NCBI RefSeq assembly: GCF_047606685.1 | Contig: NZ_JASGEC010000060.1 | Span: 9,314-73,313, forward strand | Length of the DNA stretch: 64,000 bases | Source: Microbacterium sp. | Lineage (GTDB): Bacteria; Actinomycetota; Actinomycetes; Actinomycetales; Microbacteriaceae | Reading direction: 5' to 3' | Part shown: positions 34,815 through 44,313 of the stretch, in pieces | How positions within the stretch are numbered: position 1 is the first letter of the stretch | How the letters are laid out: each line of letters begins with the position of its first letter | Translations under genes and position numbers: made by a program | The notes under the pieces: model-generated | What the model was told of the DNA's origin: nothing | Databases searched by the model: none | The model's input: the letters and a program-made list of their open reading frames with translations, nothing else

Positions 34815-35944
34815 TTGAAGAACCCCTCCTTGCCTGTCTGACTGACGTGTTCTCTTCCGACGGACAGGTCGGCATCCGCGATGTGCTTGCGCTCCCCACC
34901 TCTGGCGATCCACGCGCGTTTGTGCCCGTCGCTCACCGGCGGTCGGCCGCCCGTGCGCTGTGGAGACAGTACGCCGGGGGTGGAGCGCGCCGGAGGGCTG
35001 AGACCACAGCGCTGGCGTCGCTGGTGACGATTGGCTTCGCCGGCCGAGTTCCCCGATGGCGCGTGTCGTTTCCCGATCCGCCTTCAGAAAGCGCGTTCCA
35101 CCCCTGGCTGCGAACAGTGCTGCACCAGCCCTATTACGTGGGCATCGTCTTGATCGGCCCGAGGCGCGCCAACAGGAAGCCTGTGGTGATGCTCACCGAC
35201 CGTCAGGGTGCTCTCATCGCGGTCGCCAAACTCGGCTACAACCGCGTCACCCGGCCGCTGGTCCGGCATGAGGCCAACGCGCTGCGCGATGTGGCGGCCG
35301 CGCTCGAGGGTCGCGCGCACGTACCTGTGCTTCTCGCTTCCGATCGGCTTGAACACACAGAGGCGATGTTGATGAATCCGTTGCCCAAGATCAACTCGGG
35401 AAAGCGTGTATCAAGAGAGACTCTCGTGGCGGTCGTGCGCGGGATCGCTTCTTCGGCCGTGGGCAGACGCACCGACTTGTCCACGGTGATCGAACACCCT
35501 CGCATGAGGCCGATCGTGGACGCTGCCAACCGCGTCAGCGCTCGCACTAGCCAGGCACCGGTCGGTGCCGCACATGGCGACCTTCACGCAGGAAATCTCG
35601 GGGTTGCGGAAGACGGACGACCGGTGATCTGGGACTGGGAGAGATGGACACACGGCGTCCCCGTCGGGTTCGACCTGCTGCATCACGACCTCCAATCGTG
35701 GGTATCGGGCGGAAGCGATCCACAGGAGGCCGCTCGGCGTCTGCTCGCCACCGCGCCCGAGATCTTGGCTCCGCTGGGGGTCCCGACGCACCTTGCCGCT
35801 GACATCGCCTGCGACTACCTGGTACGGCTTGCCGCACGGTACGTTGACGATGCGCAGGATCAGGCCGGATCAAAATTGGGCACCGTGGAGAATTGGCTGT
35901 TCCCCGCCGTGCTCGACCACCAACAGAACGAGGAGCGCACGTGA
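34811..35944 (+). CDS. APH/choline-kinase-like phosphotransferase family protein
   Basis: The Brenner-type catalytic loop is AAHGDLHAGNLGV, followed by VIWDWERW, as in the aminoglycoside phosphotransferase fold. It overlaps both neighbours by 4 nt. Confidence 0.7.
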   Translation: MIEEPLLACLTDVFSSDGQVGIRDVLALPTSGDPRAFVPVAHRRSAARALWRQYAGGGARRRAETTALASLVTIGFAGRVPRWRVSFPDPPSESAFHPWLRTVLHQPYYVGIVLIGPRRANRKPVVMLTDRQGALIAVAKLGYNRVTRPLVRHEANALRDVAAALEGRAHVPVLLASDRLEHTEAMLMNPLPKINSGKRVSRETLVAVVRGIASSAVGRRTDLSTVIEHPRMRPIVDAANRVSARTSQAPVGAAHGDLHAGNLGVAEDGRPVIWDWERWTHGVPVGFDLLHHDLQSWVSGGSDPQEAARRLLATAPEILAPLGVPTHLAADIACDYLVRLAARYVDDAQDQAGSKLGTVENWLFPAVLDHQQNEERT

Positions 35945-36807
35945 CGACCCCAAAAGACCTGCTCAGGCGTCTTGAGCCGCTTGCGCGAGGAACCGTGAGC
36001 ACTATGGCTCCTGTCACTGCGGCTCTGCGGTTGAAGCCGGCGTTCTTGATCGTCGGCGGGCAGCGCTGCGGCACCACATCGCTCTTCAAGACACTCGCGC
36101 AACACCCCGCAGTGGCACGCCCCTTCATTTTCAAGGGCATCCACTACTTCGACATGCACTATTCGAGATCCTTCGCCTGGTACCGGGGGCACTTTCCGCT
36201 TGAAGTCACGTCACGCCTTCGTCGGCTTCGCGGAGCGGGTCCGATCACCGGGGAGTCCAGCCCGTTCTACGGCTTCCACCCCCTCGCAGCGCAACGGATC
36301 GCGAACGACCTTCCCAATGTCCGCCTCATCATGCTGCTCCGCGATCCCGTGGAGCGCGCATACTCTGCCCACAGCCATGAGCGCGCGCGCGGCTTTGAGA
36401 ATGAGACGTTCGACCGAGCGCTAGAGCTCGAACAAGAAAGAACTCACGGAGAACGAGAGCGAATGATGCAGGACCCGTCCTACGTGAGCTTCCACCTACA
36501 GCATCACTCTTACATCGCACGCGGCCGGTATATCGAGCAGATCGAAGCGTTGCAATCCGCCGTCGGCAGGGAGCGTCTGCACGTCGTCGACTCGCACGAG
36601 TTCTTCACCCAGCCCGAAACCGTCTTCCCGGGGATCCTCCAGTTCCTCGGGTTAGAGCGCCACGCCGGCATCACCTTCGAACGGCACAACGCGCGAGACA
36701 GGAATCCCATGGAGACGAAGCTGCGCGAGCAGCTATTGTCGCGTTTCGACGAGTCAGATGCTCGTCTAGCCGAATGGTGGGGGCGTCCGCTTTCGTGGCG
36801 ACAGTAA
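35941..36807 (+). CDS. Sulfotransferase (Sulfotransfer_1-like, heparan-sulfate-sulfotransferase-type fold)
   Basis: The 5'-PSB loop is PAFLIVGGQRCGTTSLFKTLAQHP (Arg where Lys is more usual). Other matches are HYFD, WYRGHF, GESSPFY and the 3'-PB motif IMLLRDPVERAYS. The GTG start overlaps the previous stop (GTGA). Confidence 0.85.
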   Translation: MTTPKDLLRRLEPLARGTVSTMAPVTAALRLKPAFLIVGGQRCGTTSLFKTLAQHPAVARPFIFKGIHYFDMHYSRSFAWYRGHFPLEVTSRLRRLRGAGPITGESSPFYGFHPLAAQRIANDLPNVRLIMLLRDPVERAYSAHSHERARGFENETFDRALELEQERTHGERERMMQDPSYVSFHLQHHSYIARGRYIEQIEALQSAVGRERLHVVDSHEFFTQPETVFPGILQFLGLERHAGITFERHNARDRNPMETKLREQLLSRFDESDARLAEWWGRPLSWRQ

Positions 36808-38351
36808 GCGGAGCGGATGACGGGGCCCGACACGAGGCGGCAGGCACGAAAAATGTCGCGCGAGGAGGCCTAGCCAACCTCGTCGGCGCGGGTTACTCAG
36901 GTGTGGCCTCTTTCGTCACAACGGTGATCGTCGCCCGGATCGCCACGCCACAAGACGCAGGCTTCTACTTCTCTGCGGTTGCGCTCGTGCTGATCGCTGC
37001 CGCGCTGGTCGAGCTCGGTGTGCCTGTCGGCTACGTGTACTTCCTGGCCAGATACCGAGGACTGGAGCGCACGGATGGCTTGCGCGGCATCCTCACTGCG
37101 GGCGCTGCACCGATGCTGAGCCTAGGGGTGATCGTTGCGGCCGTGGGAGTCGTTTTCAGGGAGCCGTTGGGGACGCTGCTTCTCGGCGACGAGGCCGACA
37201 GCCGTGCGATGATCATGACGATCGTGGCAGGGTCGGTCCTTCTTGCAATCGTCGCCGACAGCGCTCTGAGCGCGACTCGTGGCTTTGGCGTCATGCGGCC
37301 GACCGTGGTGGCCGACAAGTTTGTCAATCCCACTATCCAGCTAGCTGCGCTCTTGCTTCTGTCGGTCGTGGGTTGGACCGGAGGCGAAGAACTCGTCTGG
37401 ACGCGCGCACTCGGTTTCGCCGCTGTCGCGGTGATCGGCACCGTCTGGCTCACCCGACTGCTTCGCCGGTATCCTCGCCCCCTCGGTGAGTCTCTGCGAG
37501 ATGCCTGGACCCCGGAAGGAGCGACAACTCGAGCGTTCTGGAAGTATGCGGGACCACGCGCCGTTGGTCAGATCGCACAGGTCGGCGTCCAACGGGTAGA
37601 TATCGTTCTGGTGGCGCTCTGGTTGAGCCCGTCCGAGGCGGCTGTGTACGCAGCCGCGACTCGGTTCCTCATATTCGGCCAGTTAGCGGCAAACGCGATC
37701 GGTACGGCAGTCCAGCCTCGGTTCAGCAACCTGACTGCCCGAGGCGAGATGAGCGCTCTGCAGGATCTCTACCGGACTTCAACCGCGTGGGTGATGTTCG
37801 CCACGTGGCCCTTCTACCTCACCTTCATCGTGCACGCAGACCTGCTGATGGATGTCTTCGGCGAGGTGTACGCGAGTGGCGCCTCGGTGCTCCGGATCCT
37901 GTCCGCGGCGATGCTGGTCGCGACAGCGTGCGGAGCCGTGGATGCAGTTCTGCTGATGGCGGGCCGGTCGACGTGGACGATGATCAACGCGTGGGTGGCA
38001 CTCGTGGTGAATCTCGGACTGAACATCTGGCTGATTCCACGCCTCGGAATCCTCGGCGCCACGATCGCTTGGGTTGCAGCGATCCTCGTCAATAACGTCG
38101 TCCCACTCATCCAGGTGCTACGGGGCCTTCACGTTCACCCGTTCGACCGGATCACAATGCTGGCTGCCCTCGCCCCCGTCTTGCTGTTCGGAGTCGGACC
38201 GTGCATCGTGGCGCAGCTTGGGGGCGGGTTGGTCGGCGGGATCGCTTCCCTCACTGTGGCTGCGGCCATTTATTGCCCGCTTCTGTGGCGATGGAGGCGA
38301 CCCCTTGGACTCGTTGGCCTCTTCCGACGAAATGGTCGCGGGAAGAGCTAA
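36774..38351 (+). CDS. Wzx-like oligosaccharide flippase (MOP superfamily)
   Basis: It has about 12-14 TM helices and the typical N-terminus ARGGLANLVGAGYSGVASFVTTVIVARI. The start is uncertain, lying between 36774 and 36795. Confidence 0.8.
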   Translation: MVGASAFVATVSGADDGARHEAAGTKNVARGGLANLVGAGYSGVASFVTTVIVARIATPQDAGFYFSAVALVLIAAALVELGVPVGYVYFLARYRGLERTDGLRGILTAGAAPMLSLGVIVAAVGVVFREPLGTLLLGDEADSRAMIMTIVAGSVLLAIVADSALSATRGFGVMRPTVVADKFVNPTIQLAALLLLSVVGWTGGEELVWTRALGFAAVAVIGTVWLTRLLRRYPRPLGESLRDAWTPEGATTRAFWKYAGPRAVGQIAQVGVQRVDIVLVALWLSPSEAAVYAAATRFLIFGQLAANAIGTAVQPRFSNLTARGEMSALQDLYRTSTAWVMFATWPFYLTFIVHADLLMDVFGEVYASGASVLRILSAAMLVATACGAVDAVLLMAGRSTWTMINAWVALVVNLGLNIWLIPRLGILGATIAWVAAILVNNVVPLIQVLRGLHVHPFDRITMLAALAPVLLFGVGPCIVAQLGGGLVGGIASLTVAAAIYCPLLWRWRRPLGLVGLFRRNGRGKS

Positions 38352-39949
38352 CCTCCGACGACAGCCTTCCACGCCGCCTTCGACAGCGAATCCTTCAACC
38401 GGAAGTCACCTTCACTGCAGACGGTATCGAAGTAGGTGACGAACAAGGAGCCCTTGCCGCTAAGGTAGCTGGCCGTGCTCTTGAGCCAGGCTGCGCGGCC
38501 CGCGCCCTTGTCGCCGCCCATGAGGAGCGATCCTGTCTCGGCAATTCCGAACGGCTTGCCGGCGGCCTTGGAAGTCGCAACAACCTTGTCGAAGATGGAC
38601 GAAGGAGACACGTAGGTGTCGTTGTACTGCCACGGGTTGTACGGATCCCATCCGAGGACATCGATGTAGGCGGATCCTGGGTAGTAGTCGCTGAACGTGC
38701 GACCCGAGCGAGAGTCCACCGTCCAGTCCATCAGAATCAGCGTGGCGTGAAGGTTGGGCTGGCACTCCTCTCGAGAGATGGACACAATTCGCTTCCACGC
38801 TTCGCGATAGTCCTTAGCGGTGAACTCGCCCTTGGTGATGTTGTCCTCAGGCTCATGGAAGTAGCTCCAGTAAATCTCCACATCCGTCGGCGCCGATTGG
38901 AACCATGACCGAAGCTTGCTGTCGTACTTTCCAGACAAGACATCCTTCGGCGCGATCTTGAACGAGACCACGAGGTCGGCTCCCTTCGCGACTGTGGCGG
39001 CCGTCCAGTTTGGCGGCGCCCCCGGATGGAAGATGCGAACAACCTCCGGCGTGCCGTAGGAGCTCTTTGCATAAGCCCAGGCTTCCGTGAGGACCTTGCC
39101 CCCCGGAATGTCGAGCGCGACTCCAAAGTCGGTGCCGCTCAAGGTGGTCTGCTGGCACGTCTGACCCGCGGAAGCCTCGGTAACGGCCTCTGCCTCGGCC
39201 TCTGCGTCAGCCTCAGCGACCGTAGACGCCGCGCTGGACACCACCTTCAGAGACAGATCATCAACCTGCAGCGGCTGATAGGGCGAGGCTCCGCTCGCCA
39301 CCACGCTGAAGTCGAGCGCCGCGTTCGACTTCGTGGTGGTGAACGTGAATGTGACGTTCGTCCACTTAGCGTCACTCAGATGGAAGGAGCTGCCGTGCGA
39401 GACGACGGTCGACCCGACGACCTCGCGCACACGGAGTCGGCCGGAGAGAGACCCCCGCTGAGTGCGCACCTGCGCGGATGCCTGATAAGTCACACCCGAG
39501 TCTCCAGACGCGACCGTGCGCTTGGAATCACTGACTTTGAGGGAACCGCCCTTGGCAGCCCACACCGATCCGTACGCCCCCCTCTTCCCACTCCGAGGAA
39601 CGAGCGTCTGAGATGCGCTACCGGACTTCCAGCCCGTGACGCCGTTTGCGAACGTGCCGTTCTTCACCAATTCTGGACCGGTCGTCTGTTCGACGGCAGA
39701 TGCTGCCGCCACGGGCGACAGCGCTATCGTCACAGCAGCGAGGAGGGCGAGAGAGAGGCGTCCGGTGAGGCGGGGTCGGGCGGCACGGCGAACGTGATGA
39801 GGAGAGGTGGGCACGGGGGAACCTTCGGTCTTGGGGTACACGACAGGCGATTGTTGCTGTCGACCAGTGTTGGGGGCTTCGGGTCGGGAGCCTCGCACGG
39901 GGTGGTTCGGGGGCGCGAGACGCTCCTTCGACGGTAGCGGACAATGCAC
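38348..39949 (-). CDS. Secreted CBM_4_9-like carbohydrate-binding module plus a clan GH-A (GH5/GH26-like) glycoside hydrolase
   Basis: The N-terminus has LVKNGTFANGVTGWKS...LQVDDLSLKV, which is CBM4/9-like. An acidic linker EADAEAEAEAV follows. The TIM-barrel part has YWSYFHEPED (acid/base Glu) and FGIAETGS (nucleophile Glu). The start is uncertain. Confidence 0.7.
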   Translation of the reverse strand: MHCPLPSKERLAPPNHPVRGSRPEAPNTGRQQQSPVVYPKTEGSPVPTSPHHVRRAARPRLTGRLSLALLAAVTIALSPVAAASAVEQTTGPELVKNGTFANGVTGWKSGSASQTLVPRSGKRGAYGSVWAAKGGSLKVSDSKRTVASGDSGVTYQASAQVRTQRGSLSGRLRVREVVGSTVVSHGSSFHLSDAKWTNVTFTFTTTKSNAALDFSVVASGASPYQPLQVDDLSLKVVSSAASTVAEADAEAEAEAVTEASAGQTCQQTTLSGTDFGVALDIPGGKVLTEAWAYAKSSYGTPEVVRIFHPGAPPNWTAATVAKGADLVVSFKIAPKDVLSGKYDSKLRSWFQSAPTDVEIYWSYFHEPEDNITKGEFTAKDYREAWKRIVSISREECQPNLHATLILMDWTVDSRSGRTFSDYYPGSAYIDVLGWDPYNPWQYNDTYVSPSSIFDKVVATSKAAGKPFGIAETGSLLMGGDKGAGRAAWLKSTASYLSGKGSLFVTYFDTVCSEGDFRLKDSLSKAAWKAVVGG

Positions 39950-40141
39950 GGCCCATCCGAGCGAATGAGAGATGCCTCATTCCATCGTCATGTTGGTGTG
40001 GCCTGGCGCCAGAGCCCATCAAAGGGGATGACCAGAGCTCACGGGGCATGGATATCAGCGTGAAAGAGGGGTAGAGTCCTCGGAATCGAGAGGTCGTTGG
40101 GGGACGGTCGTATCGGGCCTTTCGATGGCCTTGGGGGTCTC

Positions 40142-42745
40142 ATGAACAAGGTTGCACGTCTCCGCGACCGCATCGCCACCAACGTACCTCGCGAGCGTTT
40201 CAACCACAGAGTGATGCGCCGCGCAGTGGCCAGAGCAACAGTGGCTGTCGTCATCGCGTCGGCGGGAGCCGTCACGATCGCAATGCCAGCGCATGCGATC
40301 GCGTCCCGGACCGTCGCCTTTTACAGCATGGACGAGCAGCCGGCCCAGGCGACGCTCCGCGACTCGTCGGGCAACGGTCGCAACGGAACCATCGGTGCCG
40401 ATGTCACGCCCGGTGTGATCTACGAGGGCGCCACCGCGCAGCGTTTCGCGACCCACCTGCCCAGCGATGGCGCATTCCCCGGCCATGTTGATCGCGTGCC
40501 GCACAACACGGACTTGAATCCTGACTCCGGTGACTTCTCAGTTGAGATCAGGCTCCGCACGACCTATCGGTTCGGCAACATCTTGCAGAAGGGCCAAGGC
40601 GCGACAGCCGGCGGGTACTGGAAGGTCGAGAACCCGGAAGGTCTGCCGAGGTGCCTCTTCCGTGGAGGTGACGGCGCCTCGCGTACTGGCTACTCGACAA
40701 CCCCGATCAACGACGGTCAATGGCACACGATCCGATGCAATCGCACGTCGGCTTTCGTGGAGATGTGGGTCGATGGAGTGCGGCAGAGCCGGCTGAACGG
40801 CCAGACCGGGAACATATCGAACAGCTCGGAGATGTCGATAGGCGGGAAAGGCTCCTGCGACGGGCAGAGCGTGACATGTGACTACTTCGTCGGCGACATC
40901 GATTACGTGCGCGTCGAGAAAGGCGCTGGCGGCGCACCGAACTCCCCGCCCGTGGCGGTTGCGGACGTCGACTGCTTCGGGCTCGTCTGCACGATGACCG
41001 GTGCCGCATCCACCGATTCGGATGGCGCGATCCAGCGTTATCACTGGGACTTTGGTGACGGAACGGCCTACGACGGCTTCAGCACGCCCACCGCCACGCA
41101 CACGTTCGCGACGGCCGGCACGCACAACATCGCGCTCTCGGTGACAGACGATCGTGGGGCGACCGGTTCTACGACCCGTGAGGTGCACGTCGCGCCTGTC
41201 TCGGAGAAGATCTCGTACGTCGGGCAGGCGACGAGCAATGGCAACGCGACCTCTCATCAAGTGACCGTGCCGAGCGCGGTTCAGGCAGGCGACGCACTGC
41301 TCCTGTTCGTCAGCCAGAACTCGCAGGCGAGCCGCACCGGGCCAAGCGGAGTGACAGGCTGGACTCAGGCCGACAGCATCGCCCAGGGATATGGCCGGAC
41401 TACCGTGTGGTCGAAGGTCGCTCAGCCTGCCGATGCGGGCCGCCCGGTGCAGATGACCTTCTCGAGCATCTCAAAAGCCAACATGGTGCTGGTCGCCTAC
41501 CGAGGAACGCACGCGACCAACCCTGTGTCGTCCTTTGCCGCAGCCACTGACAGCGCGAGCTCCGCAGTCCGAGTGACACCCCTCACCACAGCGGCAACCG
41601 CACAGAGTTGGGCGGTCTCGTACTGGATGCACGGCGACGCGTCGTCGTCCGCTTTGACCGCGCCCGACGGCGTCACGGTACGGAGCAACAGTTCGCAAAC
41701 CGGCGGAGGACGCGTCACCGGCCTGCTCGCCGATAGCTCGGCATCCGTGCCGACGGGCGACTACGGCGGGTTGAGCGCGACGGCCGCGAGCGCAAGCACC
41801 ACGAACACCGCGTGGACGCTGATTCTGCGGCCGAGCGAGTCGGGCTCTCCCGCGAACCAGCCGCCCACGGCATCGTTCACGACAGCCTGCGAGGCGCTGG
41901 TCTGCACATTCGACGCGTCCGCGTCAAGCGATCCGGAGGGTCTTCTCGTGTCCTACGAGTGGGACTTTGGCGATGGTGAGTCTCAAACAACCTCCGGCCC
42001 GTCGACAACCCGGACCTATCAAGCCGAGGGAACCTTCACCGTTCAACTCACGGTCGCAGACGGCAGCGGTCTGACGGGAACCACCACCCGGCAGGCGAAC
42101 CCAACCGCGCCCGACCCCGATCCGACAAACATCGAGTTCGTCGACGTGGCGAGCGCCAATCGGACGAGCGCGACACACGCGATCACCATTCCGAGCTCCA
42201 TCGAGGCCGGTGACACTCTCGTGATGTTCATGAGCGTGGTGTCCCCGGTGACCATCACCAACCCCGCCGGATGGCAAGCGCTCGACACCGCGGACGGCGG
42301 GAGCCTGCGCACCCGCGCGTGGTGGCGCACCGCGAGCGCCGGCGACGCGGGAGCGACTGTGCAAGTGCCCGTCGGCAGTTCGGTCAAAGGCAACCTGATG
42401 GTGGCCGGCTACCGCGGAGTCCAAGCCGGCCCGCCGACGTTCGCTGCCATGTCGGGCCAAGGGAGCACCTCGTCCCGGTCGACCCCGAACGCCACGGTTT
42501 CGGTGTCCGGTTCATGGGCTCTTTCCTTCTGGGCACACCGTGATGGCACGACCACCACGCTGTCGGTACCGCAAGGCGTGCAATCCCGAGCCACCGGAAC
42601 TCAGTCAGGTGGCGGGCATGTCACGACCCTTCTGGCGGACTCGTCTGGAGGCGTTCCTCACGGCACCTACGGAGGGAAGGTGGCTGAAGCGGAGGCTGCA
42701 AGCACCCACGGCGTGACATGGACGATCGTCCTCCAGCCGGAATGA
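40142..42745 (+). CDS. Secreted multidomain protein: LamG, PKD, unnamed ~210-aa module, PKD, unnamed ~205-aa module
   Basis: The signal ends in AMPAHA. The LamG region has FSVEIRL, GNILQKG, WHTIRCNR, MWVDG and SIGGK. The PKD units have YHWDFGDG...HNIALSVTDD and YEWDFGDG...FTVQLTVADG. The modules lie at 41207-41839 and 42128-42745. Confidence 0.8.
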   Translation: MNKVARLRDRIATNVPRERFNHRVMRRAVARATVAVVIASAGAVTIAMPAHAIASRTVAFYSMDEQPAQATLRDSSGNGRNGTIGADVTPGVIYEGATAQRFATHLPSDGAFPGHVDRVPHNTDLNPDSGDFSVEIRLRTTYRFGNILQKGQGATAGGYWKVENPEGLPRCLFRGGDGASRTGYSTTPINDGQWHTIRCNRTSAFVEMWVDGVRQSRLNGQTGNISNSSEMSIGGKGSCDGQSVTCDYFVGDIDYVRVEKGAGGAPNSPPVAVADVDCFGLVCTMTGAASTDSDGAIQRYHWDFGDGTAYDGFSTPTATHTFATAGTHNIALSVTDDRGATGSTTREVHVAPVSEKISYVGQATSNGNATSHQVTVPSAVQAGDALLLFVSQNSQASRTGPSGVTGWTQADSIAQGYGRTTVWSKVAQPADAGRPVQMTFSSISKANMVLVAYRGTHATNPVSSFAAATDSASSAVRVTPLTTAATAQSWAVSYWMHGDASSSALTAPDGVTVRSNSSQTGGGRVTGLLADSSASVPTGDYGGLSATAASASTTNTAWTLILRPSESGSPANQPPTASFTTACEALVCTFDASASSDPEGLLVSYEWDFGDGESQTTSGPSTTRTYQAEGTFTVQLTVADGSGLTGTTTRQANPTAPDPDPTNIEFVDVASANRTSATHAITIPSSIEAGDTLVMFMSVVSPVTITNPAGWQALDTADGGSLRTRAWWRTASAGDAGATVQVPVGSSVKGNLMVAGYRGVQAGPPTFAAMSGQGSTSSRSTPNATVSVSGSWALSFWAHRDGTTTTLSVPQGVQSRATGTQSGGGHVTTLLADSSGGVPHGTYGGKVAEAEAASTHGVTWTIVLQPE

Positions 42746-42758
42746 GACCGCCAGACGG

Positions 42759-43745
42759 TCACTGCTGGACGATCGTCCGCCATGCCTCCCTTGAGGGAAC
42801 GTCTGTCAGCCTGAAGTCGTTGCCTCTGGATGACACGGTGTCGTAGTACGTGACGAACAGAGCTCCTTCTGCACGCAGGTAGACAGCGATATCCCTCAGC
42901 CATTCGGCGCGTTGCGTCCCGTTGTCGGCACCCATCAGCAGAGAACCAGTCTCCGCGATCGCGAATGGCTTCTTCTCCGCCTTCGACACCTCGATCGGCG
43001 CGCTGAAGATAGTGTCCGGCGACTGGTAGCCGGAACCGTCAATTGCGTTATACGGGTCCCAGCCCAGCACATCGACGTACGCGGCCCCCGGATAGTAATC
43101 ATCGAAGTCCCGGCCCGATGCCGGTTCTACCGTCCAGCCCATCAGGATCAAGGTGGAGTGCAGGTTGGAGCGACATTGCTCGCGAGAGAGCATCGCAATG
43201 TGCTTCCAGGCCCGACGAAACTCGTCCGCGCTGAACGCACCGCGCTCGATCTCATCTTCCGGCTCGTGAAAGTACGTCCAGAACACTTGGACGTCGCGGG
43301 GCGCGTTGCCGAACCAAGCCCGTAGCGCGGCATCGTGTCGCCCCGTCAGAACGCTCTTCGGATCTATCTTGAAGGACACGACGAGGTCAGTGCCTTTGCG
43401 GGTCGAAATCTCCTGCCAGTCCGGCAGACCGCCGAAGAATACGCGAATCGCTCGCGGTGTGCCGTAGTTGGTCATCGCGACATCCCACGCCTCCGCGACG
43501 CTTCGGCCGCTCGACCGGTCAAGAGACACTCCAAACTCCGTTCCGTGAACGGTGTCGGTGGCGCACGTGGCCATCCGGACAATCCGCGGGACGACCCAGA
43601 CCAACACCGCCGTGAGGAGCAGAATCAGGAGAATCGAAAGCAGGATGGACCGCCGTACGATGCGTGGCCCGCGGAACTGCCGCGGGCCCACGCTGATATC
43701 AGGTTCGATCGTGCACCTCTCAGCGCTGCGCGTTGACCGTGACAC
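42759..43745 (-). CDS. Membrane-anchored clan GH-A glycoside hydrolase, paralogue of 38348-39949 without the CBM
   Basis: It has an N-terminal TM helix (ILLSILLILLLTAVLVWVV). The catalytic motifs are VFWTYFHEPEDE and FAIAETGSLL. It is collinear with the catalytic part of the other hydrolase. Confidence 0.72.
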   Translation of the reverse strand: MSRSTRSAERCTIEPDISVGPRQFRGPRIVRRSILLSILLILLLTAVLVWVVPRIVRMATCATDTVHGTEFGVSLDRSSGRSVAEAWDVAMTNYGTPRAIRVFFGGLPDWQEISTRKGTDLVVSFKIDPKSVLTGRHDAALRAWFGNAPRDVQVFWTYFHEPEDEIERGAFSADEFRRAWKHIAMLSREQCRSNLHSTLILMGWTVEPASGRDFDDYYPGAAYVDVLGWDPYNAIDGSGYQSPDTIFSAPIEVSKAEKKPFAIAETGSLLMGADNGTQRAEWLRDIAVYLRAEGALFVTYYDTVSSRGNDFRLTDVPSREAWRTIVQQ

Positions 43746-43884
43746 ATCGCCTGTGCGATGCGACCATGGGCACTCCAGGGTCCATCGATCCTAAACGAGC
43801 GGCTCCTGCGACCGCTGAGTAGGCAAAGGAGGACACTGGCCACCAGGACCGCTGCGCGCCGGCTCCACCTAGCCTCGGGCCGCA

Positions 43885-44170
43885 CCACCTCGATCAAGCC
43901 GCGGCGGCGGCGGCGCTTCTGAACGATCACCGGCTCGAACGTGCCGGCACGGTCCCTGAGCACGTCGATCCGCACCGGGCCGGCCTTGGTCGACACCGTC
44001 TTCGACCGCGTCCTGTTCCGCGCGTTCCCCGCCTTTCGTGGCGGTGCCCTTGTCGCGCATGTCATAGCCGAGGTGGCCGGTCAGCTCGTCCTCCAGGGTG
44101 TACTCCACGACCAGCTTGGTCAGCTGCGCCAGCAGGCCACCCTCCCCGTCGAGCGCGACCCCGCGGGGCG
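43885..44170 (-). mobile_element. IS256-family transposase N-terminal remnant, frameshifted and truncated
   Basis: One frame reads LDGEGGLLAQLTKLVVEYTLEDELTGHLGYD. The next frame reads GNARNRTRSKTVSTKAGPVRIDVLRDRAGTFEPVIVQKRRRR. Together they match the first ~95 aa of IS256 Tnp. The DDE part is absent. Confidence 0.75.
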
Positions 44171-44313
44171 CAACAGGTGCTTGGCGAGGTGGTCCGCGCT
44201 GTGTCCATGTGGGTGGAGGCGCCGAAAGCAAACCGCGTCGTTCCGCGGAAGATCGCGCTGTTCGAGCCCACATCACGCGAGGTCTGGACGCTCCCCAGTC
44301 GACGATGTGAGCG

